From: a virus
DNA length: 64,000 nt
Reading direction: 5' to 3' (one strand)
Virus record (IMG/VR): IMGVR_UViG_3300045988_137040
Shown here: piece after piece, positions 1 through 8,356 of the stretch
How positions within the stretch are numbered: position 1 is the first letter of the stretch
Layout: every line of letters starts with the position of its first letter
Made by a program: the position numbers and the translations under genes
Notes under the pieces: generated by a model
What the model saw: only the letters and a program-made list of their open reading frames with translations
Databases searched by the model: none
Told to the model about the DNA's origin: nothing

Positions 1-49
1 GACTGATACGTAATATCTCTTCATAACTCTTGTAATTTTGGTTAATATT

Positions 50-96
50 GTTCCGTGTCGGGTCTCGAACCCGATGTGCGCCTGTCGCTCACGGAT
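50..96 (-). ncRNA. tRNA-like minihelix R1 (acceptor-like stem plus T-arm, no D-arm)
   Basis: On the minus strand: aTCCGTG, a 15-nt spacer, T-arm TCGGG-TTCGAGA-CCCGA, then CACGGAA and discriminator C. The stem and T-arm pairing was read directly from the sequence. The element lies about 25 nt upstream of a minus-strand ATG at position 24. Confidence 0.3.
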
Positions 97-104
97 GATA
101 GATG

Positions 105-512
105 TTAGAGTCTCTTGAGAGCAGCTTCGATGCCTGCGACTTTTTTGTCCTCAATCTTCGATATTTCTTGTAATATCTCGTCCAAGTGAGTAACAAAACT
201 AAGTGCATCTACTACGCGACCAACCTTCACATTAAGGTCACCAGCATATATGTCGCATATACCAAACTCTTGCAACAAATAGTAAATGGTGCCACTATTT
301 AGCGCAAGAAGATTGCATTTAACACAACTTATTTGCACGGTAATAACGCTGAAGGTAATACCACAGCGAGGGATGAAGATTTCTGTCATGTCAAGCTCAA
401 TGAGCTTATCGCATATAGCTTTCGCCAGTTCCTCGCACTTTTTTTTCAGTTCTTGAGACTTGTGTGCGTAATCGTCACGTCCAAGTACTTTCCACATTTC
501 TTTTTTCTCCAT
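105..512 (-). CDS. hypothetical protein (135 aa)
   Basis: ATG-initiated ORF, co-oriented and tightly packed in the minus-strand early operon. I recognise no motif. Confidence 0.55.
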   Translation of the reverse strand: MEKKEMWKVLGRDDYAHKSQELKKKCEELAKAICDKLIELDMTEIFIPRCGITFSVITVQISCVKCNLLALNSGTIYYLLQEFGICDIYAGDLNVKVGRVVDALSFVTHLDEILQEISKIEDKKVAGIEAALKRL

Positions 513-562
513 AATTCTCTGTAATTTGGTTCATAGAAGAGGAGCTTGCAAGCTCCCCCTTG

Positions 563-1405
563 TTAGGCTGCGTCATTCTTCTTGATGCCGTTCTCTGTGA
601 GAACCTCGTCGATCAGCTTATCGGTATCCATGTAGTAGCCCCAGCAGGAAACAATCTGCTCCCAGTCGTAGTCGTCCTCCGGCTCACGACCTATTTCCGT
701 GAAGACTTTCTTGTAATGGACTTTCTTCTCCAAGACGAATCCCTTGACATCTCCCCACATCCAAAGACCTATGCACTTAATCTCATGCTCGAATAAGTCC
801 AAGGCTCGCTTTCTCCAGTTTTTTGTATTAGTGTCATAATACTTGGAGAAACGCTCCTTGTCGCAGTAAGCATATCCGCTAACATAGTCTCCCTGGCAAT
901 ATCCGCTGGATGACCACTCGTAGAATGCAATATCCTCGCAATCATGCAGAAGATACGTGAAATCGTCCTCTTCGAGGATATCGCAAAGTTCTTCTCTATA
1001 GACGAATCTCTTTAAGTCGCTCGGGCAGAACTCTTCGTGGTTGTACCACTCGCCCTTGTACAGATTCTCAAGATACCACATGCGGTCACTCTTGTCATAG
1101 CGCATACGGTAATTATCGACGTTTTCACTATTGATGTAGTCGATAATCTTCTTTTGCGACACATATATGCAGACAAGCTCTTTCAAAGCATCCTCTGCAT
1201 TTTTAGCGTCAACTTCGCTGCTGCAACAACGAGACAGACCTCTATTGTATCCGTTGTCGGAATAGTCCCAGAAGTAAACTCCCACCAAATCCCATGCAGT
1301 GCAAGGGCATTCGGCATCCTCATCCTGGTAAATGGTGATTCTGTAATCACCGATTTCCTTCTTTGCAAATTCGTAACTCACATCATTTAATAAATGGTTA
1401 AACAT
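563..1405 (-). CDS. hypothetical protein (280 aa), acidic and rich in Cys and Trp
   Basis: Long ORF immediately downstream of the ArdC-like gene. Motifs such as ITIYQDEDAECP..WD and WGDVKGFVLEK resemble an uncharacterised family I associate with plasmid and phage anti-restriction neighbourhoods. This is from memory, not a search. Confidence 0.6.
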   Translation of the reverse strand: MFNHLLNDVSYEFAKKEIGDYRITIYQDEDAECPCTAWDLVGVYFWDYSDNGYNRGLSRCCSSEVDAKNAEDALKELVCIYVSQKKIIDYINSENVDNYRMRYDKSDRMWYLENLYKGEWYNHEEFCPSDLKRFVYREELCDILEEDDFTYLLHDCEDIAFYEWSSSGYCQGDYVSGYAYCDKERFSKYYDTNTKNWRKRALDLFEHEIKCIGLWMWGDVKGFVLEKKVHYKKVFTEIGREPEDDYDWEQIVSCWGYYMDTDKLIDEVLTENGIKKNDAA

Positions 1406-1425
1406 TGAATATCCCCATACAAGGG

Positions 1426-2520
1426 TTACGCAACCGTGAGCAGCTTGGGGCTCTCATTGCCATTAGCCGCCTCGTCGTACTTGCGCAGGATATAGTTCAC
1501 GGCTTTCTGTACCTGGTCGATGACAGCCGGCACGAAGTCCTTGTCAGTGCGCAGGGCGCGTCGCCAACTCTCAACATAGGCGATAGTGTTCTCGTCGAGC
1601 AGCTTGCCGATGCCGAGCATAGAGCAGACACACGCCGACGAGAGTTCAGCCACAAACTCCTCCATGGCATAGTCCTCAGTACCGAAGGCGCCCGTCACCT
1701 CACGGTTCACGGCCTTGGCCGTGGAGTGTGCCATCTCGTGCAGAGCGGTGCCATAGAACTGGGCATCGCCGAGGAAGTTCTTACGCTCGGGCAGATGTAT
1801 CTCGTCCTTGCCTATGAGGTAGCAACTCTCTCGTCCACCGAAACGGATAGGACAACGCCAACCGCCAAAGAGTATCATGTGCTCCAACACGTCGTCACGC
1901 ACACCCTCCTTGTAGTCATGCTCCGGTGTCTTGGTCATCTCGGCATAGTCGTCGGGGTAGAGCGTGGCGAAGTTCGTTTGGTCGAGGTTATAGACCAGAT
2001 AGCTCTCCTGTATGAACCACGTCTTGCCTTCTTGCTTCTCCTCAAGGGTCAGCTCGTCCCATTCCTCGTCGGTCAGCTTGTTGCCATCGGCATCGTAGTG
2101 GACAGGCTTGTAGAAGATAATCGGAAACCTGCGCTCCACGTCCATCTCCGGCATCCCGTTGTCGCCGAGGATAACCATGCCGTCGTCGTCGAGTTTCGGA
2201 GTGGCGTTAGCCATCAGGCCGTCGTACTTCAATTCTCCGTTCTCGTTCTTCATCTGACTCTTGGTGATGAAGTACGGAGTGTTCCAGCCTCTCACGCTGA
2301 TAAGCATAGAGAGCCAGAAATAATTGCTCTTACGGTATGGCTTTCCCTTGCGGTAGAGGTTGCAGGGCGCACCCACCGTGGCAGCCACCCACGGCTGCTT
2401 GTAGTCGTGCTGCTCCATAGAGTTCAGTGCCTCGATGAACAGCTCGGCATACTTGGCCTTCATAGAGTCCGACATGCGCAGACCCTTACGGCCACCCTTG
2501 TGATTTCTTTTCGTTGCCAT
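1426..2520 (-). CDS. ardC: ArdC-like antirestriction protein (N-terminal ssDNA-binding DUF1738 domain plus zincin metallopeptidase domain)
   Basis: N-terminal region PW..(N)..KPYRKSNYFWL..YFITKSQ matches the ArdC N-domain pattern. C-terminal HEMAHST ... EDYAMEEFVAELSSA matches the HExxH/EELVAE zincin signature of ArdC. Confidence 0.8.
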   Translation of the reverse strand: MATKRNHKGGRKGLRMSDSMKAKYAELFIEALNSMEQHDYKQPWVAATVGAPCNLYRKGKPYRKSNYFWLSMLISVRGWNTPYFITKSQMKNENGELKYDGLMANATPKLDDDGMVILGDNGMPEMDVERRFPIIFYKPVHYDADGNKLTDEEWDELTLEEKQEGKTWFIQESYLVYNLDQTNFATLYPDDYAEMTKTPEHDYKEGVRDDVLEHMILFGGWRCPIRFGGRESCYLIGKDEIHLPERKNFLGDAQFYGTALHEMAHSTAKAVNREVTGAFGTEDYAMEEFVAELSSACVCSMLGIGKLLDENTIAYVESWRRALRTDKDFVPAVIDQVQKAVNYILRKYDEAANGNESPKLLTVA

Positions 2521-2564
2521 AATAGTTCCTCCAATAATTTATGGTTGGTTATTCTGATTGTGTT

Positions 2565-2757
2565 GGTCGCTATCGCTCCACGAATTTTTAGGGTCGCTAC
2601 GCTTGAAATGGAACGTTATCCGTAAAATTAAATTTAGAATTATACTGCACAATCTACCACACGGATAGGGTATGCAATAGCTTAATTCTAAAGTTAATTT
2701 TACGTTTAATTTCAAGCACGAAGTGCGACCCAAAAGAATAAGTACGAAGTGCGACCC
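2565..2757. repeat. composite hairpin repeat, copy A
   Basis: GGTCGCTATCGCTCC module, then a long imperfect palindrome closed by GGGTCGC (2591) and GCGACCC (2731). The arms are built from 12-bp AT-rich modules (CGTAAAATTA / TTTAGAATTA). A second ACGAAGTGCGACCC lies at 2744-2757. Confidence 0.85.
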
Positions 2758-2762
2758 GATAG

Positions 2763-3605
2763 TTATGCGTCAGCCCAGTAAGTCCACGTCTTTAACTTAC
2801 GTGTGCCATAGCGTTTGAGATAGGCGTTGAGACGTTTCTCGAACTTCTCACGCTCGTGCTTCACCCCTTCTAAGATAGTCTTGCGGTCAGCCTCCGTCAT
2901 CTTCATGTGGTCGCCATGGTATTTCGACGGATTTTCCTGCACGTCCCATTCCGACCACGCTTTCCACTGCCATAGGTTCAGCGGCTCCGTCTGGGAATAA
3001 CTCTCACGCTGGAGATAGAGCGTTGTGCCGTCATGCGACAGCGATTGCAACTGCTCAATATCCTTATCGAACTGTGCAAGGTTCTCACGAAGGAAGTATT
3101 GTTTCAGCCGCTCCTCGCTCGACGTTATGCGGTTGTAAGCGTCAAGGCTCGGCCCCTCGTCAGCCCAACAGAAGCGGTTCTCGATAGACGGCTTCTTAAA
3201 TTTGAGGATGCCTCCATTCTGCAAACGCACGGCATAAGAGAACTGCTTGCACTCATAATAGTCAAGCATGTGCTCATCGCTCCACACCTTAGCCATCTCC
3301 CGTTTGAACTCGGGCAACAGAGCCTTGTCGCCCGACGGCTTCTTTTCCGCCGTCTCCTCGGCCTTGATAGCGGCAAGCACGTCATTGAAATCTTCTTCGC
3401 CAAAGCTCTCACCACAAGAGAGCCCATCGGGAAAGTCGCTCGTGTCTTGCACCATCAGTTCCGGCTCGCGCTCATCACGGTGGAGCGCATAGCACTTACT
3501 AAGAAAGTCGTCATAGTTCTTGCAACTCTTAAGGCTTATCCAACCACCGGCAATAGAGCCGTTGTTATACTTGGCGTATGTGCCAACATATACTTTAGGA
3601 TTCAT
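2763..3605 (-). CDS. ardA: ArdA-like antirestriction protein (N-terminal ArdA domain, extended C-terminus)
   Basis: N-terminus KVYVGTYAKYNNGSIAGGWISL ... DDF ... matches the conserved ArdA N-domain pattern (YvanLaaYNeGkLvGeWi). Confidence 0.6.
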   Translation of the reverse strand: MNPKVYVGTYAKYNNGSIAGGWISLKSCKNYDDFLSKCYALHRDEREPELMVQDTSDFPDGLSCGESFGEEDFNDVLAAIKAEETAEKKPSGDKALLPEFKREMAKVWSDEHMLDYYECKQFSYAVRLQNGGILKFKKPSIENRFCWADEGPSLDAYNRITSSEERLKQYFLRENLAQFDKDIEQLQSLSHDGTTLYLQRESYSQTEPLNLWQWKAWSEWDVQENPSKYHGDHMKMTEADRKTILEGVKHEREKFEKRLNAYLKRYGTRKLKTWTYWADA

Positions 3606-3628
3606 ATCGTTGTGATTTAGAATTGTTG

Positions 3629-5041
3629 TTATGCTGCTTTAGCTTGTGTTCTCGATTTCTTCTCCAGCTTCACGAACTCCGCCTTGTTGTCCGTGATAAG
3701 CTTCCGTATCTCCTTGTCACGCTCCGGCACCGCGTTGCAGGCGGCACGGCACTGCACGATAGTGTTCGATGCCATGTTGTACTCGATGGTGGCCAAACGC
3801 TTGCCGTTGTCGTCCTTGGCAGAGAGGATAAGACTTTCGGGGTGGGTAAAATAATTCCAATAGCCCATGCGGTACACGCAGTGGTGCATGTGCTCGGCTT
3901 CTTCCTTGAACTCGTCAACGCTTTGCAGCGGACGGATAGTAAGGTTCGTGGAAGTCAAGTCGATTGTCAGCATCTTGCCCATGTGCTCGGGATAGTGTTG
4001 CGCTGCCTCGGCCTCCCGCTTGGCACGCTTAGCGCACTCCGCATTGTAGAGTATCATGTCTTGCCTCCGTCGCTCAGCCGCCATAGCCTGTAGTCTGGCT
4101 TCGGCAATTTCGTCGATACGCCTCTTGCGCTTCAGCAACATGTCATGCAGGGCGTGCAGATTGTCGGGACACACAAACTTAGGATTGTGGATGTCCATGT
4201 GCAGGAACGTCAGCAGATAGAGCGTGTCAAGCCATAGCGAAGGGTCGTCGATATGATATTTATGTCGGATGCAAATCTTCACGGCCGCCTCCCCACCATG
4301 GGGCAGACGGGTTCGGTTACGCACAAGATGGTCGAAGAGCGGTGTCTGAGAAGCAGACAGCATCGTCTCAGCGATAGGATAGGCTATCACACGGATGCAG
4401 CTGGTGTTATAGTCGTACTTGTCCATCAGTCCCGGCACGTCCTTGTACTGCCACTGCTTAGTGAGCGATTTTATCTCATAGTTCCACACATAGAGATTCT
4501 TCCGCATCATGGAGCCCCAACCCATGCAGTTAGGTGACAACTCCCGGCGAAGTATCAATGGTGAGGACTTGCTGAAGGCGTCATACGCATAGGACATAAC
4601 ATTTACAGTACGCTCATATACCTTGCGCTCTCCCGTAGGAGCATACATGATGCGCTCAATCTCCCACGCATGCACCTGCGCTGCCTTGCCATATTGCAGC
4701 TTACGCTCCACGCGGACATAGCGCACCAACTGAATGTCACGCTTAGCCTCGAAGATAGCAATATCACGAAGCTCGGTATCCACTCGGCGGCGATTTAGCT
4801 CCACCGTCTTTTTCTCCGTCCACTTGGCATGGCACTGAGGACATTCGTGCTGGCCGATAGGGTTGATAGAGCAACCGCACTCGGTGCAGAAGTAAACCAG
4901 CTCGCCACGCAACACCCTCGAAGCAAGACCGGGCTTGAACAGTTTACGATAGAGGCGGTGGGTCTCCGTCTTGCCGGGTTCGTCATGCAGACGCTTGTTG
5001 ATAGCGGCGCAGCGTCTGCCAAATTCTGTCACTCGTTTCAT
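3629..5041 (-). CDS. pcfJ: PcfJ-like protein
   Basis: C-terminal FKEEAEHMHHCVYRMGYWNY ... RLATIEY ... IVQCRAACN matches the PcfJ domain signature. The start overlaps the stop of the PcfK-like gene by 4 nt, as in pcfK-pcfJ pairs of Bacteroides conjugative elements. Confidence 0.75.
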   Translation of the reverse strand: MKRVTEFGRRCAAINKRLHDEPGKTETHRLYRKLFKPGLASRVLRGELVYFCTECGCSINPIGQHECPQCHAKWTEKKTVELNRRRVDTELRDIAIFEAKRDIQLVRYVRVERKLQYGKAAQVHAWEIERIMYAPTGERKVYERTVNVMSYAYDAFSKSSPLILRRELSPNCMGWGSMMRKNLYVWNYEIKSLTKQWQYKDVPGLMDKYDYNTSCIRVIAYPIAETMLSASQTPLFDHLVRNRTRLPHGGEAAVKICIRHKYHIDDPSLWLDTLYLLTFLHMDIHNPKFVCPDNLHALHDMLLKRKRRIDEIAEARLQAMAAERRRQDMILYNAECAKRAKREAEAAQHYPEHMGKMLTIDLTSTNLTIRPLQSVDEFKEEAEHMHHCVYRMGYWNYFTHPESLILSAKDDNGKRLATIEYNMASNTIVQCRAACNAVPERDKEIRKLITDNKAEFVKLEKKSRTQAKAA

Positions 5042-5442
5042 TTCTTTTCCTCCTGCTTTAAGTCCTCGTCCGTTTCGTCATAGTAGTGTACGGCCATGCT
5101 GTAGATTACCTCTGGAGAGCGGAAGATGCCCACGGCAGACTTGCCTTTGCGGTTAGCCTTGGCCACCTTCAGCATCTTGCCGAAGATGTATTCACAGCAT
5201 CCGTCGATGCTCTTTCCGGGTGCTGCAAGTTTCTCGATGATGTCGGGACGGGAATACAGATAACCCTCGATAGCCTCCTTGAACTCCTTGGGGATGACAT
5301 AGCTCGCACCGCCCTCGCTCTTTTTGGTATCGGCGTGGGCCTTGGAAGTACGCTTAGACTCGCTCTTAGGCTGAGCCTCTTGTTCACGCTGCTGCTTCAG
5401 TTCCTCGGCAGCGGCTTTGATAGCTGATAAATCAATAGCCAT
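5038..5442 (-). CDS. pcfK: PcfK-like protein
   Basis: FKEAIEGYL....GKSIDGCCEYIFGKM...VIYSMAVHYYDE matches the PcfK-like family pattern. It sits immediately upstream of PcfJ. Confidence 0.7.
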   Translation of the reverse strand: MAIDLSAIKAAAEELKQQREQEAQPKSESKRTSKAHADTKKSEGGASYVIPKEFKEAIEGYLYSRPDIIEKLAAPGKSIDGCCEYIFGKMLKVAKANRKGKSAVGIFRSPEVIYSMAVHYYDETDEDLKQEEKK

Positions 5443-5477
5443 AATTGCTTGAAATTTGAAAGTTGTTATTGTGTGTT

Positions 5478-5682
5478 GATCGCTAACGCTCCCATGATTT
5501 AGTGGTCGCTACACTCGAAATGAAACGTAAAATTATCCGTAAAATTAAATTTAGAATTATCCTGCGCAACCTGCAACGAGCATGGTATGCGATAGCTAAT
5601 TTTACGTTTAATTCTAAAGTTAATTTTACGTTCCATTTCAAGCCGCGAAGCGGCGACCGAAAAAGAAGAGCGCGTAGCGCCC
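5478..5682. repeat. composite hairpin repeat, copy B
   Basis: Same architecture as copy A: GATCGCTAACGCTCC module, a TGGTCGC...GGCGACCG closing stem, and arms with three 12-bp modules each (CGTAAAATTA, CGTAAAATTA, TTTAGAATTA). Confidence 0.85.
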
Positions 5683-5689
5683 AATAAAA

Positions 5690-6682
5690 TTACGCTGCCT
5701 TGATGATAGGCTCTAAATCTTTTATCTTGCAGCCTAACGACTTGGCCAGCGTCTCGAACGCGCGGCGGATGCGTGCTTTCACCTGTGCCTCGGTATAGAG
5801 CTCCTCGCCATCGGTAGCGGACGACTTAGAAGCCTTGGCCGTCGCCTTGGCTTTCTCAGCCTCCTGCTTCTTTGCCTCACGCTGAGCCTTGCGCTCCAGA
5901 TACTCCGCCTTCTGCTCGGCACGCTTAGCAACCAGGGCCTCGGTGTTCGTCTCAACGATGTCGAGGAGGTCGTCGAAGTCGCAGCCCTCGTTCAGAGCGT
6001 TGCACACCTCACGGGCAGCGTCGGTATAGCGTGGGCTAAACAAGAGCACATAGACACGCTTGCCGTCCTTGCGCTCCCATGTGTGGGAGGCGTGGATTTC
6101 ACCTGCACGCTGATAGGCGGGCTCGTCCTCGTCGAGACCCACAATCTTTCCGGCTTCCTTGCCACGCTTGGTGGTGTATGTCGCAAAGGTGTACTTGCCC
6201 TTAGCGGTGCGCTTAGCGGTGCGCTTAGTGGCCTTCGGCTTAGGCTTGGCCTTAGGCTCGTCCTCGATAGGCTCGTCCTCGATAGGCTCTTCCTCGCCCT
6301 CGTCCTCGACAGGCTGCTCACGCACCTTATCCTTGACGATGCGCCCAGTGACCACACGGAGCTTGGCTTTCGGGCGTACAGGCACCGGCTCCTCGTCGAT
6401 AACGTCATCGGCGTTCTCTTCCTCGACCTCGTCCTCGATGGGTTCGCTCTTAGGCTCGGCCTTTGCCTTGGGTGCCTCCTGCTTAGGCTCGTCGTCAGCC
6501 CAGTGCATCTTGCCCTGCTCGACGAGAGAATTGATCGCTCCCTTCGTCATGGGGAATGTCTGTTTCATGCCCTCGCGCTGGAAGTCTACGACCACGCGGT
6601 CGCCGTCAACGCTCTTTATTGTGTACGTGGCAGCACCGCTACCGATAACTAACACTCTGCCTACTTCAAAATTGTTTGCCAT
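5690..6682 (-). CDS. hypothetical protein (330 aa) with an acidic/lysine-rich low-complexity centre
   Basis: Long ORF. The central region has PIEDE-type repeats (EEEPIEDEPIEDEPKAKPKPK). The flanking N- and C-terminal regions look globular. Confidence 0.6.
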   Translation of the reverse strand: MANNFEVGRVLVIGSGAATYTIKSVDGDRVVVDFQREGMKQTFPMTKGAINSLVEQGKMHWADDEPKQEAPKAKAEPKSEPIEDEVEEENADDVIDEEPVPVRPKAKLRVVTGRIVKDKVREQPVEDEGEEEPIEDEPIEDEPKAKPKPKATKRTAKRTAKGKYTFATYTTKRGKEAGKIVGLDEDEPAYQRAGEIHASHTWERKDGKRVYVLLFSPRYTDAAREVCNALNEGCDFDDLLDIVETNTEALVAKRAEQKAEYLERKAQREAKKQEAEKAKATAKASKSSATDGEELYTEAQVKARIRRAFETLAKSLGCKIKDLEPIIKAA

Positions 6683-6722
6683 AGTTGTAAGAAATTAAAA
6701 AGTTGAATATGTTGATTGATTG

Positions 6723-7031
6723 TTATGCGACCTTAGTGTCTAAGTCCTTCATCATACCCTCGGCCACTACTTCCGTAGGGGTAGAGCCGTCGGGGGTGGC
6801 GATGATGGCATAGTGGGCATCGTCACGGGTCAGTGTACGAAAGAGCCATTGAAGGTTTTTCTCAATGGCCTGCTTACGCCACCCTGCGAGATACTTTAGA
6901 GCCGTGGACGCTCGTTTGCATGCAACACGGTTGAAATCGAGGTCGATGGTCTCACCATTCGACAGACGCGATGCGTCAAGATAGGTAGGAGCACCATACC
7001 AGTGCTCTACGATAAATGTCTGTTTACCCAT
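6723..7031 (-). CDS. hypothetical protein (102 aa)
   Basis: I moved the start to the internal ATG at 7031 (MGKQTF...). The longer ORF would read through hairpin D. Confidence 0.5.
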   Translation of the reverse strand: MGKQTFIVEHWYGAPTYLDASRLSNGETIDLDFNRVACKRASTALKYLAGWRKQAIEKNLQWLFRTLTRDDAHYAIIATPDGSTPTEVVAEGMMKDLDTKVA

Positions 7032-7044
7032 GGAATTTGATTTA

Positions 7045-7082
7045 GGGTCGCTACGCTCCAACGGATTAGGAGCGATAGCGAC
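7045..7082. repeat. mini hairpin, copy D, made of the GGTCGCTAnCGCTCC module
   Basis: GGGTCGCTACGCTCC - AACGGATTA - GGAGCGATAGCGAC. This is the same 15-mer module that precedes copies A and B, here in inverted orientation. Confidence 0.8.
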
Positions 7083-7092
7083 AAATGAAATA

Positions 7093-7335
7093 CTATGCGA
7101 TGAGTCCTCCGAATGGGTCATCATCGGGGTGTACACTCTGCACGTCTGCGATGATGGCACGTGCCTGACGTGCGCCACCCTCACGTGCGATGTCCTGCAG
7201 GGCTGCCTTGGCAGCCTCCGTTTCCTCAGCCGTTAGGCCGAGGTTCATAGCCATGGCAGCAGTGGCAGCTGCGATGGACATGCGTTTAACACTTTTGCGA
7301 ATAAGGCTCTTGCGAAAATCAAACTTGATAATCAT
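7093..7335 (-). CDS. hypothetical protein (80 aa)
   Basis: ORF preceded by the AACTTTCAAAAA-type leader seen before other genes in this operon. Confidence 0.45.
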   Translation of the reverse strand: MIIKFDFRKSLIRKSVKRMSIAAATAAMAMNLGLTAEETEAAKAALQDIAREGGARQARAIIADVQSVHPDDDPFGGLIA

Positions 7336-7370
7336 AGCGATAAGTTTTTGAAAGTTGATACGAATAGATA

Positions 7371-7592
7371 TTAGTCGAGGGTGATATTACACGCATGGGC
7401 GACATGCTCCAAAGCGAGGAACACCACCACGCCAACACATACGGTCACGATAGCGTCGGGGAACACCCAGAACCCCGTGAGGTCGAGATAATCAACCATG
7501 AAGTTGGCCACCAAAACGGCTGCATAGATAGCCGCGCCAAGATTTGCCGCGATGACCACGATAGCCATAGCTACACGAACGATTTTCTTCAT
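7371..7592 (-). CDS. small membrane protein (73 aa, 2 predicted TM segments)
   Basis: Hydrophobic stretches VAMAIVVIAANLGAAIYAAVLVA and AIVTVCVGVVVFLAL. Confidence 0.5.
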   Translation of the reverse strand: MKKIVRVAMAIVVIAANLGAAIYAAVLVANFMVDYLDLTGFWVFPDAIVTVCVGVVVFLALEHVAHACNITLD

Positions 7593-7634
7593 TTTTTGAA
7601 AGTTAAGTGTTTGTTTACTCTGTTACTTTGTCTC

Positions 7635-7853
7635 TTAGGCGACGTTGCTCATGTCGTCGTGGTGCATATCCTTGCGGATAGCACGATGGTCGTCCTCGTC
7701 GACGTCGAAAGCACCGACAACGCAGCCCACAACAAAAAGCACCGTGACAGTCACGGCAATGACAGCATTGTCGCTCCAGTCGAGCATGATAGCGGCAACG
7801 CCTGCGTTCATGGCCACGATGATGGTCACGAACATACGAAGTATAGTTTTCAT
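7635..7853 (-). CDS. small membrane protein (72 aa)
   Basis: Start set at the internal ATG (MKTILRMFVTIIVAMNAG...) to avoid overlap with the upstream gene. Two hydrophobic segments. Confidence 0.45.
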   Translation of the reverse strand: MKTILRMFVTIIVAMNAGVAAIMLDWSDNAVIAVTVTVLFVVGCVVGAFDVDEDDHRAIRKDMHHDDMSNVA

Positions 7854-7866
7854 AAGCGAATAAGAT

Positions 7867-8070
7867 TTAGTCGAAATCGAAAGCGGACTCGATAAAAGTC
7901 CGCAACTTAGTCTCACTCCACCTGCACCCTAAATCCCGGGCGAAAGCGTATAAGATATTCTTCACCTGCACCTCGGTGTAGGTGCGCTCGTTCCTAAGCT
8001 GCTGAAACTTGGGGACGAGCTTTATAACCAGTGCTTTTTCTGCCATAGCGATATTACTCAAGCAGGGCAT
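7867..8070 (-). CDS. hypothetical protein (67 aa)
   Basis: Short ORF in operon register. The start could instead be the ATG at 8046. Confidence 0.4.
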   Translation of the reverse strand: MPCLSNIAMAEKALVIKLVPKFQQLRNERTYTEVQVKNILYAFARDLGCRWSETKLRTFIESAFDFD

Positions 8071-8110
8071 TAAGCAACCATGATGCGTTCATAGTCTGTC
8101 CTCCGATAGT

Positions 8111-8338
8111 TTATTTTTTGAATGGATATTTATATAATCCCAGTAAAACGAACCACGAGACAGCGCAGCTTATTACACAGCCCAATGGCAAAAAGGCCAG
8201 GCACCACGCGCCCTTGATTGATAGCTCGTCCTCTATCCAATGGCACACCAGCGCACCCACATAGAGCGAGCAGAGACCTATTACCATCATAGTTGCAATG
8301 AATGATACCATGGATACGATTGATAAAAACTTCTTCAT
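8111..8338 (-). CDS. small membrane protein (75 aa)
   Basis: Two long hydrophobic segments (IVSMVSFIATMMVIGLCSLYVGALV; AWCLAFLPLGCVISCAVSWFVLLGL). Confidence 0.5.
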   Translation of the reverse strand: MKKFLSIVSMVSFIATMMVIGLCSLYVGALVCHWIEDELSIKGAWCLAFLPLGCVISCAVSWFVLLGLYKYPFKK

Positions 8339-8356
8339 TGTTTTGTCCTCCGAAAA

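Noticed and set aside
1405-2625. 406-aa plus-strand ORF
   Set aside because: It lies antisense to the well-supported ArdC-like gene. The composition is low-complexity (rich in L, V, H, R), typical of a shadow ORF, and its end reads into hairpin repeat A.
2591-2731. Sigma70-like promoter TTGAAA - 19 nt - TAGAAT inside the hairpin arms (also in copies B and C)
   Set aside because: The motif is present in all copies, but the spacing is long. Other promoters in this window fit the Bacteroidota TTTG/TAnnTTTG type, which does not use -35/-10 hexamers. The AT-rich sequence makes chance matches likely.
2539-2733. Short ORFs inside the composite hairpin repeats (also 5499..5684 and 5502..5687)
   Set aside because: They occur on both strands of a palindromic AT-rich repeat and encode repetitive F/K/R-rich peptides. 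They are better explained as a by-product of the repeat.
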